64,000 nucleotides of DNA from Chlorokybus atmophyticus. Lineage: Eukaryota; Plantae; Mesostigma and Chlorokybus algae. This document shows positions 27,614 to 40,346 of this stretch, in pieces. How positions within the stretch are numbered: position 1 is the first letter of the stretch; each line of letters starts with the position of its first letter. Location: positions 15,114 through 79,113 of the forward strand of contig RHPI01001965.1 of the NCBI GenBank assembly GCA_009103225.1, in the 5' to 3' direction. The notes beneath the pieces are model-generated. The model saw only the letters and a program-made list of their open reading frames with translations, was not told the DNA's origin and ran no database searches. The position numbers and the translations under genes are program-made.

Positions 27614-27694
27614 NNNNNNNNNNNNNNNNNNNNNNNNNNNNNNNNNNNNNNNNNNNNNNNNNNNNNNNNNNNNNNNNNNNNNNNNNNNNNNNNN
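27614..27694. other. Assembly gap within a poly-C tract (intronic)
   Basis: Run of N flanked by poly-C. Confidence 0.99.
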
Positions 27695-30600
27695 ACCCCC
27701 CCCCCCCCCCCCCCTTCCTTCAAGTGCACCATTCTCCAGTGCAGCATGACTCAAACGGGCCAACAACAACACAATATTCAACGCTCTAACAATGCCTGAT
27801 CGCTTCCACCATCCCGACTGCAGTGCAGAACCAATGATGAGACCGTGCCGTCATTGAACCCTGGTATGAGGCTGTCAATGTTGATATTGAAGTCAATGGC
27901 GTTAATTCCCGGCTTAGGGGCAGGTAGCAACGAAGTCAACCAGCCTGTGAGCTTCCGAACAACAATCTGTTGGGGATAAGTGAGCACAGCAGAGTACGTG
28001 ACCTCTTGCTTCTCGAAGCGATTGAGGAATGGCGGGACAGCGCTGTCGACAGTCTGACTATCAACTAGCACGATGCATCGAAAATTCTCGTGCACGAAGC
28101 ACAGAGGGTTGCTAAAGGGTCCCAAAGCCACATGACAATGACGTTTCCCAGCAACAACAGTGTAGTGCTGCAAACCATGTTGAGTTAGTATGTGATGTAA
28201 GCCTGCTACCGCAATCAACCCTACCAATCCAACAGCATGCAGATAAGCAAGTAGCCAACAAGCCATGGTATAGCACGCACATAAACACGCACGCATATGG
28301 GCACATGCACGCACGCGCGCACACGCATGCAAACAATGGTTTGTGGCAGCCAACATCCTCCACCACAATGGCTCACCTGATTGAGAAGATCATACAGCGC
28401 ACCATATATGCTGCCAAGGTGCTTCAGCAAAATGCGCTGCCCTGTCTCCATTGCAAGTATTATTCTTTGAAGAGTGCGGTACCAATTGTTGTCACCAACA
28501 TCCTCTGGGAAGAAACTGCCATAGAGAATAGTAAGGTCATCAACCAAGGCTTCCAAGGCGTCCAGGCCGGAGTTGCCTTCAGTTATGAGCAGCAAGTGAC
28601 GGGCGTCAACATCAGACAAGTTGGAGGCAATGAGGTCCAACACAGAAGGGAGTTGCGATGGGTTAAAGTGAAACATGTGCATCTCAGCAAGGAACGCTTG
28701 TACAATGTCAGCCAACTGTGAAGGTATGCCACCAAAATTGCGGGCCACAGCCAGGACAAGCGCACGTTCGGAGAAGTCTGCTCGGCTTGTAGCGCGCACT
28801 ACCGTATAGTAGTCACGTAGGCCATGAAAGTCACCCCGCCGCTGCTGCTGTACATGTTTGTGGTATGCTCTTGCCAGCGCTTGCAACTGAATGTACCACA
28901 AATGCATGCCCTTTGCATGGTTGTCAATGCCGCATATCAGCCGCAGTCTCAGCTAGGTCCTCCTGGTCTGGTGCATGCCTTGATATGTGGATTGCACGGT
29001 TCATCTTGGATGCATCCAATGACCAGTTGCTTATGCCGACCACTGCAACTTGTGAGCGTTGAGATGTGGTGGGCTCCAGCAGACTGTGCAGTACCTGCGG
29101 AAGCAAGTCAATGTGGTTACTGTTGACACCCAACAAAGTAACTCAGTGCAGTGGGCTGCACTTCAACACATAGCTTTTGGAACAATGCCTATAGCGCATG
29201 CATTGGCCCAGTTGGCACACAGCAGGAGATTGAAAGATGTAACTGGCTTTTTCCCATCTCTCATCGGTACAATGAGACTGGAGCACAATGCCCTTTTCAC
29301 CTTGAGAGGTTTATGCCTGGACAACTCAGCCAGCCTAAGCTCGTCTAAGAAAACAACTGGAAGCAGCACGCCGGTTGAGGTTCCTGCAACGGTGTTGCCA
29401 GGATTGTTGGCTCTTTCTAGCTTTTCGTGAGCCCTTTGGAAAACCTGCAGATACACACTCATAAGCTGAAGGATGCCTGCACAGCACGTGCATACCTTCG
29501 CCACAATGTGTTTGACCTGTTGTATGCCATCAGAGGTTGAAGACTCAGAGCCTTGAAAAGACACGAACGCCACTTCCGGCAGCTCTGCAAACATGGGTCT
29601 GCTCGAGTCCATGCCCCGCATGTTGCTGTAAAACAAGAGCAATGAGTTTCAACAGTGGAAACGAACACAAAATGACACCTGCAATGAGCACGTCTGCAGG
29701 CTTGAACTTGCGCACCTTTAATTATGCTCATAGACAGAGATTTGCTGCAGCCCGGGCGCCCAATAATAAATATGGGAATGCGATTCAGTATGCAAACCAG
29801 AGACACGAATACATTTTCTCTGAGAGCCCTGTTCTTGGCAATGCGCTGCGGCAGCTCCATGGCATCAAGCAACGCCAGCTCCGTCTCACGCATGACGTGA
29901 CTGGGTGCATCATTGCTGCAGGGCACTTTGTGCTTTACAAACTGACGGGCTACAAGTATGGGGTAGTCGGTAGCAGACATGCCATGACTTGCTGGCGGCA
30001 ACCGCAATTGATAGCACGTGGTGAGAGCATGCATGATTGCTCGCTCATGGAATGTCAGGGCCGCAGTGCGCCCGTTGGAGTTACCATTGGTTCCTGTTTT
30101 CATTCCCAACTGCGTTGTCATTAAAAAGTCCTCTAACCACGCAACAAGTGCAATGCAGCGCTGCACGTCGCGCAAACTGACACTCCAATCGCCACAAGTA
30201 GCACGAACTTCTTGTTGCGTTCTCGACAGGAGGTCTACCAAAAGGTCTCTGTGCCATGGAGAAGGCCGCCCAAAACCAGCCAGGGTGACCATAGCTCTGA
30301 TGTAGCTACGCTCTGTGTTGTTATCCAAAACACCATAATCCCAGACGTACTGCAGCATAGCATCCGGAAGCGGTTGTACATCGTACAGTAGCTTGCTGTG
30401 CGCATCCTGCTGGACATCAGCATGCACAAGGCCCACGCTCCTACCAATGGTTTCTCGCAGCACATACGGATTGCATGCCGCCAGCAGAACCAACCCTGTG
30501 TGAAGAGGTCGACCATTCAATTGTCTGTGGCACAGGAGCGAGTTCATGAGGCCCATGTGCATGCACGTGTTGATCTCGTCCAGAAAAACCCAAACAAGCC

Positions 30601-33600
30601 CATGATTGCTGGTATTCAAGTGCCGTGGTACATCGCCTTGCTCAGCCGTAATTGCTAGCTGTTGCGCTTGCTCAACAAAGGCCACTATCTGCTCCTCTGT
30701 TACACTAGCGTGCACATTGAGAATCTGGAATCGGTTGCCAATGATGCCCGCTGCATTGGCTAGCGTCCTCAACAGGCTGGTCTTTCCACAACCTGTACTC
30801 CCCATCACAATGACATGTGTGCGTGCGCGAACACGCACCAAAATCATACCCATCTTGAGCAGGTTATCCACGGTCATCACGTAATCTCCCTCTTGTTCAG
30901 GCAGTCTTCCTGCAATGAGCTGCAGCTTGTCCCCAAGCTGCTCTGGACTCAGCTCCTCCAAAGGCATTCTGAGCTCATTCTGCAACATTCGCTGGCCTGC
31001 TGTGTTGCGCTGCGTCTGGCTATCAAGGTACTGCTGAAGTGGCGCTGCCAATTTGGTGCGGTTGGCACGTAACACAGTGATGCAGTTACCGTCAGCGTGA
31101 AACATGACGAAGAAGTATGCACATTCCTCCCACCTAGGAACATCAATGTCCTGTTCAAGCAGCACTGGCTCGCCGGTTGAGGCAAGACGCGAGGTCAATG
31201 CTTGCTGCAGGGTCGCTCGCTTTGGTTGGTGCACAACAAACTGCTTGGCAACAGCAATGAATGACTCAGAGACCGAACGCCGAACACCAGGAACTTGTGA
31301 GTTCTCAACCTTGAAGAACACTGCTGTCGTTAGTGTCCGCAGCTGCACTGCTAGCACATCCAAAAGCATCGTCATAGTTGCAAAGGAGATGAAGCTCGAG
31401 GTAGTAGTGTTATTGAGAAGGTACTTTGTTAGCAGCTGTTTGCAGATGGTAGGCTCAATGCGCCGGGCGCCAAACTGGATGTCACGAGCATCTATGCTGC
31501 CATCATCCAAAGCCAACAGACAGTCGCACACAACGCGAGCTGCACTGTGGGGGTCATCTGGCACGGCGTAAGTGGCCATGAGATCATCGCTGCAGTGATG
31601 CCGCTCAAGCCAGGTTCAGACGCTCAATGTCTTCAACAGAGTCTCTCGAGGAGTGTTTGCCACTTCCACATAAACAAGCGCAGCCCCGCTTATCAACCCA
31701 GTAATATGAAAAGCATTATCTGCCGAGGCAATGCTGCCAAGTAGAAGCAACTCGGCAAGCCATAAGTTGAGGACCTGTGCATCATGCACAAGGGATACAT
31801 CAAGATGCAAAACAGCCTGAGCAGGATCCCAATTGCTTGCCCTGAGCTTCTTCACCAGCAATGCACGTGTCAATGGCCCGCTCAGCAACACCGAAGCAAC
31901 GCCAAGCCCCTTGCATGCTGCTTGCTGCTTGATCCAGAATGTTTTACCCATCCCAGACTTTGAGGAGCTTACAAACGTAACATGCTACAGTTGCTGTTTC
32001 GTCAAGTTTGGGATGACGTTATTGATTGCAATTGGCAGGTGGACAAGGTGGCGAAAACTTTGCTCCAACAGGGAAGGCACTCCCTGCGCATCCCGCGAGC
32101 ACTGCAAAAGCACCAAATGATGACAGCTTGCAGGAAATTCAATTGCGCGGACCGCTTGCACAAGCCTGGTCTGCAATGAAAATTGTCACTGCTCAATGCC
32201 AAGAATAAAATGTGGTGATGTAACCAGAAACTCTTGACACCGCTGAATAGAGAGCTCCAACTCATCCCAGCAAGTCAACTTGTCGCAAACTAGAACTTGC
32301 GTGCAATGAGGAAACTGACCCACCAATCCGGAGTAAGAAAGCATAGTCTCCATCAACGTTAGGTGATCCTCTGCTACAACAACACACATGGCGCTGCCGG
32401 CCAACGCAGTCTGCATGCTGCTGAGCACCTCGTCCTTTGTCTCAGAGTCAATGAGCATCAATGCGAAATCAACATTGTCCTGTTGGGCGTTATTTAAGAG
32501 CCTTGCTGTACGCTCAAGCCGCTCTGCAGGGTTTTAATTGTCGACTGCAAAGGAGGCAACACTTGCACGTGCATCCGAGGCCATGCTAGCCGCCACCTGC
32601 CGATCAGGGATGATACGCTGCAACAGATGCAAACCAGCAGGGATCTTGCTTTCAGCAGTATCGGATTGCAAGGGTTCCAACAGATAGTTCGCAACAGCCC
32701 ACAGCTGCTCTGGTAAGAAGTGTAACACCACAGGGTAACTCGTGCGTACGCGGAAGAGCACAGCACGCCATTGCTCTAGCTCACCTGTTAAGACACGAGC
32801 ATCTTCTTCAAGATCTCTAGCATTGACATGCCGTTCCCGGCGTTGAAGGTGGTCGAAATGCCCAAGAGCAACCAACGCGTTTAACAGCTCCGCGTAGCCA
32901 AACGCGCGATCAACTTGAACAATGAATGCCCCAAGCACCACCCTGGTGGTAGGCAGCCCACCATGTGCCTCAACTGCAGATGTCTTGTTCTCAGCTCCGG
33001 TCCAGTACAGCAGCGCACGACTACGGTAATCTTGCAACTGCATTGAAGACAACTTCAAGCTGCACGCATTGTCGCAAGAGTTGTCAACAACCACTAACGC
33101 AGGGGAGTATGTGCGTGTTGAGTCAATGGAAAACGTGTACTCTCCATGTTCAGCTCGTTTGACGATGCTGAAGATCTGATCGCCTCTAGCAGCCACTGTG
33201 TTGTAGAGGTTCCGTAACCCGTGCAAGTGCCCACGGCATTCTACAAGCTGTGCTGGGATAGATTCGCAAGGGTTGCTGGCAATCTGCTGCCTCAACTTCT
33301 GAAGCAATGTGGCAATGCTGTCGCATTTGACAAAAAAGGGTTTAAGAAAGCGCGGGACGGTAGCCAAATCCCTGATCACCCCTGCCTGTATGAAAGTATC
33401 TGAGAATTCAGCTGCTTCCACTAGTCTGGAAAGGTTCTCGTCTTGGATTACTTGCAAAAACTTCAATAACTCTTGCGATTGCGCCAATTGCTCGATCACA
33501 GCCACGTGGTGCGCTTCGTCAAGATCAAACAACAGACGCGAGGCTGACGTTGTGATGGCAATCACATGCTCCAAAGAAAGAAACAGGCTTGTCAGGTAAG

Positions 33601-36489
33601 GAGCTGTAGTCAATGACCTCCAGAACAGCCTTGAAGTCGTTGTCTGACCCTTCCTCTGATGTTTCGATCAAGTGCATGCACCCAGCAAGGTCAGTGCACC
33701 TCTTGCTAATGTGAGGAATGTTGGACATCATTCTCAGTAGGCCTTGAGGATCGGCTCCACCCACGCCATCACATTGTTTCTTGGCCAGCAGAAAGTCGGA
33801 CTCAAACCCTTCAAGAGGGCACGCTGGAGGCCACACTGATCTCAAGTTACGCAAGGTAATCTGGCCTACCAATTCTCGTTGCAACAGCGGCCGCCAAGCA
33901 GCCAACCATTGCGTATGCGCTTTGGCAACGTGCTCTGCACAGTCAACAAGAAGCAGTGCTCTCCCTTCAGACTCGTCAAAGGAGTTCGTCCACAAGTGGA
34001 CAAACGAAAGTGACCGACGCAGCTCGTGGGCTTGCAGCAAAAGGGGCATTACTCGATCATATTGCACAAGCTCCTGCCGTACCTCATGCAGGCTCATGGT
34101 ATTGCGTCTGGAGTTACCAAAGCGCTGCTGCCACTCTGCTAAGTCGCCCACCATGACCTTCAGGCCACTCACCAATTTCAAAAATGTCAAAACAGCTGTA
34201 TAGGCCTGACTACACCTGCCAATATCAGCTCTCAAGACATCAAGATCCTGTTGGGTAGGGAGTGCTGCTTGTGCTGTGAGTAGATGGTGCAATATCACTT
34301 CGTCTGTGCAGGTGCTGAGCAGCTGCTGGAGGTCTTGATAAGCACACTGATTGCCGCCGGTACACAACAGCTCACTTGCTTGATGGAGCCACGCCACAAC
34401 ACGATAAGCCGGATGCGATGACACATTCACCTCTGGCCACCGTCTCTTACCATCTAGCAGTGTTCTTACAGCGGGCAGCCAAAAGCCCTCAGGTGTGATC
34501 GCTTGCAAGGCAATGCGTGGAATGGATGACGGGAAACTTTGTGTCTGCAGTCTGAAAGCCAGTCTAAGAAGGTTGCAGATTAGCTCAAATGCTTGGCTGT
34601 TCTCGCGGAAATTGGTACAGCATACAGCATTCCAAAGCTCCACCACATCGCTAGCTGACCCTGCTGCTGCCCACCGCCATTCCAAAGCCTTGTGTGCTGC
34701 ATGTCTGTAGCCGGTTTGCACAACAACTGGCCACTTGGTAAGCGCATGTACCCCAGTTACAAAAGACTCCAGAGGGCACTGTTGTACGAGGATTGTCACC
34801 TTCTCCACCAATTCCTTCACCGTCCCCACATGAAGGTCCTCGCAGCTTGCCATGAGCTGGGCGCAAGCAAATGTTGTTCAAGTTCTGGTTATCGCATCAC
34901 ATCTACCGATGTACTGCAACCTTACCTTCTCCACAGCTTGGAATGCATCGACCGGGTTCAGGGGCTGTAGGGAATTTACCATTGTAGTACACCACGTGCA
35001 GCAGCTTTGAGTGATGGCTGCAACAGCTTCGGGCACATGTTCGCTGCATAATATGCCTGGCAATACTGCCAAGAATGCACTGTTTTGCGGCTTATGGTTG
35101 CAACTGTGCGCAAGTTGCTGAAGCAAGTCAAGCTTGGCCGTCCGTGAGTAGTGGTCAGCCAGAATGTCACCAAGTATTACCAGATCTTGATGCTCAACCA
35201 GTACACCGGCGATGGCGCGCCGTGACACTTCTGCTTGGAACAGATTGTTGATGGCGGTCAGCATGCCCACTCTCTCGCAATGAGTCCGTGCTGGTGTGCA
35301 AGACGCCGAGGAAAGCAGCTAGTGATTTGATGTCTGGTGCGGCGGCCAGCACAGCGTGAATGTTTTTCACCAGTTGATGATTTCCACAGGGATCTGTGAT
35401 GATGTACGTGGCGAGTGCCGTGAACCTGTTGCTGGTTGCCTTGGTGCATTCATATACAGAAGCCAACCAAGTCAACTCTGGATAAAAATGCAGAAGCCAG
35501 GGTGCACCTTCCAACCATGCTGATGTTACTGTTGCCAACAAGGGCACTATTCTTTGCAAGCAGGCGTGCAGCTCCTCATGATACACAACAGCACCCGGCA
35601 GCGCCAAGCTTGTTCCTTTGCCCAGCATCTCAAAAATGCCGAGTAAAGGCAATCGGTTGAGCTCGTCACCGTCTGCTGACTGCAGTTGCAAGCACATGGT
35701 GACATACTGGCTTGCCGCCATGCACACCACCAGCTTTGCGTGCCAGCTGAGCTCCTCTGTGTGCTGAGGCGCACTGCGTTCGGTTTGACCCCAAATTTCT
35801 TGTAACTCCATGAGCACATCAGCCGCAGACAATAACCCAAATGCGCCTCCGGAGCTCAAAGCAAGCTGTTGATGCAGCTGATAGAGACACTGCTGCGCAA
35901 CTTGCAATCGGTTGCTAGAGTCACTGTTGGTGCCGAGTTGATTCCATTAAATCCAAGAGACGTAAGACGAATAACATTGCAGTGGAGGCAGAAGGGGCCC
36001 CTCCAGGTTCAAACCCATACCGGGCGTCAGAACTTGATACACATGAACTGGATCATGTACTTCAGGAAGTTGTAACTTGTATTGAGATGACCTCGTTCGC
36101 ACCTCACCTTTAAAAATCTTTCCCCACCAGGCTCGCTTCCTCACTGCTTCAATCTGAAAGTTGAAGATCCTACCCTGTAGCGGTGGGCACTGTACCGTGA
36201 ACACGGCACAATTCTGGAGAGATACCCCTTGCAGCTGGTGAAGTCGCTGACCCACAACCACGGCGAAGTCATGCATGTCGGCAACCTGGGCTGTGACTGC
36301 CAAGTGAAAGACAACTCTGAGTGGTGCAGTTGTGCGGGGCACAGCTGATGACGTTGCCAGCAAATTGCCTGCCCCAATCGGTGGAGAAAGGCTTGTTGTT
36401 GGAAATGAATTGACAGGTTGTCTGTGATAGGAGGCAACGGAGCCAGGATTGCTCTGCATCGATATCTGCGAGATTGACTGCTCTCTGAC

Positions 36490-36885
36490 TTGGCCCTTCC
36501 CTGGCTGCAAGCACCGAATGACAGGTTGGTTGCCGGCACCAAGTTCTGAACAACGTGAATCACCACCACCAAGTGCTGAAAGCGCTTGATTGTGCTGGCT
36601 GTGTATGTGTCAGGCTTACTGTGGTGACGTAACCAGTAAGTGCAGTTTCCTCGCGTGGCATCGCTTTCTGTGAGCCTACCCTGATTTGGCCCTTTCCTCG
36701 CAAATACCGAATAACAACTTATTTGCTGGCACCAAGCTTCGGACAACGTGAAATACCACCACCAAGCGCTTGAAAGCGCTTGATTGTGCTGGCTGTGTAT
36801 GTGTCAGGCTCACCGTGGTGCCGTTCTTAATGGTACGCGCAGTTTCCTCTCTTGGCATTGCTTTCTGTGAGCCTTCCCACTGTAT
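36490..36885. repeat. Two ~194-bp tandem units (plus a partial third near 37070-37135) in the RNF213-like 5' region
   Basis: AAAGCGCTTGATTGTGCTGGCTGTGTATGTGTCAGGCT occurs at ~36579 and ~36773 with similar flanks. The minus strand encodes repeated GSQKAMPREETA...LVVV(F/I)HVV..LVP. Confidence 0.9.
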
Positions 36886-39164
36886 GGTAAGCCATTTGCC
36901 CGGCTGCAAGATAAGCAACACATGTTCAGTGGGCTTGGAAGGCTGAAGAATTACAGCGTTCATCCTCATGCTGAGTTCCGTGCGTGTCAGTCTCACCTTG
37001 GTAGGAGTTTTACCAGGCGTAGTTGCCTCACTTGATTCCCTTGGTGATCCTGCCTGGTGCTTGGAGTGCCCCTCTCCTGGCTGCACAGGCGTAGCGCGAC
37101 AATTCAGTTGCTGGCACCAAACCTTATCAATATGAGTAGATGTGCCCACACAAGCACACTCAGACGCACACAAGCACACACGAGGCGTTGCTTTGTACGC
37201 TAGCTTCCACATATTTTAGCTTACCAGAGTGATGTCTGCAGCGAGTTCACTCTTGATATCACCCGTATCGTCCCTTTCTTGAGAGAAAACGAGTTGGGTA
37301 CTTGGTCCAGCAATGCTCTGCGCTTCATGGTCCGTAGCTGGCTCTTCCTTATTCTCAGACGGAATGCCCGCAGGTAAGTAAGTAAGTAAGCGAGCAGGCT
37401 ACGCGTTCTGAGCACTCCATGCTGGAGCTGGTTCCAGTCCAACTTCAGCGCTGGCGACTGTACATAAATTGCTAAAATAAGGTCTTTGTGCAACTGGAAG
37501 GCCAGAGGCTGGTTAAACTGCGCATTCGTGGGACACTGAAACCATAGCTCCTGTAATTGACGGCTTGTTGGTTTACAACCTCCACAGACAGCCAGTAATA
37601 AAGTAGCAATGTTGTGTCTGCTCACCTCAGCTTCTGCACTGGAGGGCACAGGTGCGACCGTCGTACATGAAGGAGCAGCATTGAAAACATACAGACAGGA
37701 ATTGCTCAAGTTACTGCCCTGAACGCATACCCAACTGGGACCTAGCAGACGTTGGAGACCGTATTCAGCAAAGTAGAGGCCGCAAGTCAATGTCTTGCTT
37801 CTACCAAATGCTCCACTACTAGCATTTATGGCAGAATGAGGCAGCAAGTTACCTGCTTTTGCGACTGGAAGGGATATGTAGACGCGCTTCACATCAAGCG
37901 CAACCTTAATTAACTTTGTTGGATTCAACATCGCCATTGGAACATCTCATGACAGACCGGTTTAGATTCAGTGACACGCAATCGGCGCCAAATCTGTCAG
38001 CTAAAGACTCCAGCACAGTCTCCAGGGCTTCTTCATTCTACATGCGCAGAAGAGCAAAACTCACAATCACTACCCAATGTCAGATCGCCATGCATACCTC
38101 ATCGCAGCATATGCGCTCGGTACTTACCTGATCAGGGATGAGGTGCAGTACTGCGCACTTGGTGTCCAAGTCATGGTAGATGGACGTAAATGATGGAACG
38201 GACGGCAGATCGGAAGGCAACTCATTAATGCCACGCACCAGGGCAGTGGCAACATCATGGGACTGGCACAGTATACGCGGCCTTTCAGCGGGTTCAGCAG
38301 ATGACGCGGATGTGACAGGATGCTGTAGGAGAGCCATGGAACCTGTGCAAGCGCGACTTAGCATTGGCACGCCGCTCGAGTAATAGACGTAGAACACAGG
38401 CTTGTTTACTGTTCCACACTGTGAGACAAATGCATTACATCAACCAATCATGCTGACAGACGCTGGAGATTCGGAGCTTGTGTGTATGGGTAATTGTGCA
38501 AAGCACTGCAAATGCGCAGAGGACACCCGATCCAATGCATGGTGTTTACCGCTTCACCCACAAGCGATGCAGTAAGCGTAGGTAAGCATTCTGTGCTTAC
38601 TGTATATTGTTTTGCATAGGCGAAGCAAGAGTGCGGGAGAAATTTTTGCTTCACTTCTTGCTACCTAGCAGTAGATGGGCGGCGCCCATGAGAAGTCACA
38701 CAACAGGCATAAACAACCAACCTATGCTTGTCACTTTGTAACTGAAGCAGCGCAAACATACAGGGAGATATCGTGCGTGATATCCACAGCAGGTTCACCC
38801 ACGAAAAGAAATAGACATCAAGCAACGTAACAGACATGGGCAAGCAGGAATGCAGTTGCTTTACCTTGGGTGGGAGGACTGTGTTGTCCTCTACCCGCTG
38901 ATCAGCCGATGATGACAAGACAGCGCCCCCAAGGCCAGCGCCAATTTTTGTCAACTGCCGCAACGACAACGACAAGAACAGCAGCTTGTCAACATCATGC
39001 ACGCCCTCACAACTACTATAAAACACTGTGCAAAGCTTACCACTGCTGGGAGCTTAGGCCGACTGGCGGTAGTGCGGACTGCTCATAGTAACCTCCAGTG
39101 CAGCTTAGCAATTAGCAGTTGAGCTGAGCTGAGAGGAATGGGTAGGCTTAGGAGTGTAGCTGGC

Positions 39165-39195
39165 TAGCTGGCCTTGCAACTTGCAAGGCCAGCTA
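39165..39195. repeat. Perfect 15-bp-arm palindrome upstream of the RNF213-like gene
   Basis: TAGCTGGCCTTGCAA-C-TTGCAAGGCCAGCTA, inside an AGCT-rich stretch. Confidence 0.9.
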
Positions 39196-39654
39196 CTTGC
39201 AGTAACTTGCCTCGCCAGCGCCGCCTCCCCCTTACCTTGTGCGTACAGTAATGCGATGAATGCTCGACACCTGCATGTGAACTTGCTGTAGTGGTGACAG
39301 CAATTGCTTCATACGTCGCAAATGACACTTATGACAACCAACAGCGGGCATGTATTAGCGGGCAAGTTGCACGCTATTCAATGCTGCACGGTTCAATGGG
39401 TTTCGACACCTGCCGACTTGGTACATCATTTGGCGGTGTCGGAAGCCCGCACCGCTTTCAGAAGCCGCAGCCGCAGAGACGCCCCACGTGGCCCACGTGG
39501 CCCGACCGGCGGGAATGGCCGGGAGCCACGCGCAAGGCCGGCGCCGCACCGGCCGCGCGACTGCCCTCGGTTAACCGAGCGCCGCGTCGGCGCTCACCAC
39601 CGGGCCGAGCGTCGACGCCCGGCCGCACCAGCGCCGTCGTTTGCGAAGTACCAT

Positions 39655-39990
39655 ATAAATTATGACACACACAGATATATTTATAAATATACATTACGCT
39701 ATATTTGTAGTGTAATTATATGGTATATGTACACTATATATAAAATGTACATATCTGTAGGGTATGTATGTATCAACTATCATACATATACAGATATACA
39801 TATCTATGTATATACAATGTATACATACAGATATATACATGTGTATGTGTTATTAGATATGTATTTATCAATTATTCTATGTATGCACACACATATACAT
39901 ATGCATAAAACATTTGTCTATGTATGTACATATGTGTATATATTGATACATCTATGTATATACATATACTCATACTTATTTACATAATAC
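39655..39990. repeat. AT-rich degenerate (TA/TATG/TACA)n low-complexity tract
   Basis: Visible ATAT/ATAC/GTAT run starting abruptly after a GC-rich block. Confidence 0.85.
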
Positions 39991-40241
39991 GCACAATAGC
40001 CCTCAAACAAGTTGCGCATGTGTGCACGTGTGACTGCATCCAGGGCATACTGCATGTCCACGTATTACATGAGCTACTATTAGCAAGTCAAAGCTTTGAC
40101 AACCGCAAGTGAAAAGTGGCTTGCCCAATTTGCTTGTGTTTTATAGCAAATTGCGCTACATGGCTATAGCATTGATGCTCTGCTTGGCATTGAGGAGTAA
40201 TTGCAATAGGAGAAAGGGGGAGGGGGGGGGGGGGGGGGGGG

Positions 40242-40284
40242 NNNNNNNNNNNNNNNNNNNNNNNNNNNNNNNNNNNNNNNNNNN
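40242..40284. other. Assembly gap within a poly-G tract
   Basis: Run of N flanked by poly-G, just beyond the Crypton 3' end. Confidence 0.99.
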
Positions 40285-40346
40285 GGGGGGGGCATTACAT
40301 TACATTGTACAGCGTACATGTGCAATCTGCAAGCACTACATGCTTA

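Larger units (their letters stand above)
21055..39030 (-). pseudogene. RNF213-like: RNF213/mysterin-like giant AAA+ ATPase / RZ-finger E3 ligase, disrupted
   Basis: The motifs occur in RNF213 order: VMGSTGCGKT (Walker A), VFLDEINT (Walker B), IIGRPGCSKSLS, VVFLDEL.LAELS.H.PLKV, VGISNWSLDASKMNR, GLRDYY, GSFFPED...AMETG...LYDLLNQ, FRCIV...PFLNRFEK, the RZ finger C..C.CVFMIGECGQP....C..C..PIGG..HQP, and C-terminal YDF.DIE and FP.ELLL.H. In-frame stops at 34878, 32534, 32186, 31985 and 31616; frameshifts near 35275, 33580 and 25330. The 5' end is uncertain. Confidence 0.9.

Noticed and set aside
31616-34880. Alternative genetic code or stop-codon readthrough to explain the in-frame stops in the RNF213-like gene
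   Set aside because: All three stop types occur together with frameshifts, and intact neighbouring genes end with TAA, TGA and TAG and have no internal stops.
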